From Leucoraja erinacea (Eukaryota): a stretch of 64,000 bases of DNA. The stretch is from contig NC_073413.1 of the NCBI RefSeq assembly GCF_028641065.1, forward strand, positions 11,160,001 through 11,224,000. Reading direction: 5' to 3'. Made by a program: the position numbers and the translations under genes. A model generated the notes under the pieces. It saw nothing but the letters and a program-made list of their open reading frames with translations, had not been told where the DNA came from and ran no database searches. This document shows positions 63,549-64,000 of this stretch, piece by piece; position 1 is the first letter of the stretch, and each line of letters opens with the position of its first letter.

Positions 63549-64000
63549 AGGGAGGTTGAGAGGGAGAGATAGATCAGCCACGATTGAATGGCGGAGTGGA
63601 CTTAATGGGCCGAATGGCCTAATGATGCTCCTGGAACCTATGAAGTTATGGACGAGGAATTCTGTAGATCAGTAACGTCAATAAGAACAACACTAACTTA
63701 CGCTGACACTGGTACCGAGGAGAAGGCCAACCTGTGGTGCAAGACAAACAAGTTGTTTCGATGTAAACTGGCCAGAGGGAGATCTGAGCCCAACACAGGG
63801 TAACGTTTGGGAGTGACGAAGCACAAAGTGCTGGAGGTACATCTGTGTGTTGCAGCATCCGTGGAGGGAATGGACAGATGCCATTATGGGTCAGGACTCT
63901 TCTTCAGCCTCTTTCAAACACTTGGGGGAGAGAATCTGACCTTGTTCTTTTGCAACTAATGCACGTTGTATCTAATATGACTGCTACTGGCTTCATTAAC

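Overview
Eukaryotic genomic DNA, almost certainly from a cartilaginous fish (skate or ray), judged by HE1/V-SINE, HER1-type CR1 LINE, Rex1, Tx1-like L1 and Penelope-like repeats. Two protein-coding genes converge tail to tail. (1) slc17a7 (VGLUT1) is on the minus strand with exons 2-12 at 60360->46689. All splice phases are consistent, one intron is GC-AG, and exon 1 is not found in the window. (2) An apparently intronless C1orf94-like gene is on the plus strand (32986-35035). It has a 1-nt frameshift in a polyproline C/T tract and a 3'UTR with a degenerate repeat carrying seven UUCAC motifs. The rest is TE-dense non-coding DNA. The most notable pattern is a very abundant short element that is the 3' terminal repeat of a Penelope-like (GIY-YIG) retroelement. 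It carries a minimal hammerhead ribozyme core (CUGAAGA-A-GGGUC..GACCC-GAAACGUC) and occurs as solo copies, inverted pairs, a loopless palindrome and a 66-bp tandem array. All family assignments come from motif recognition from memory, not database searches. Repeat boundaries are approximate.
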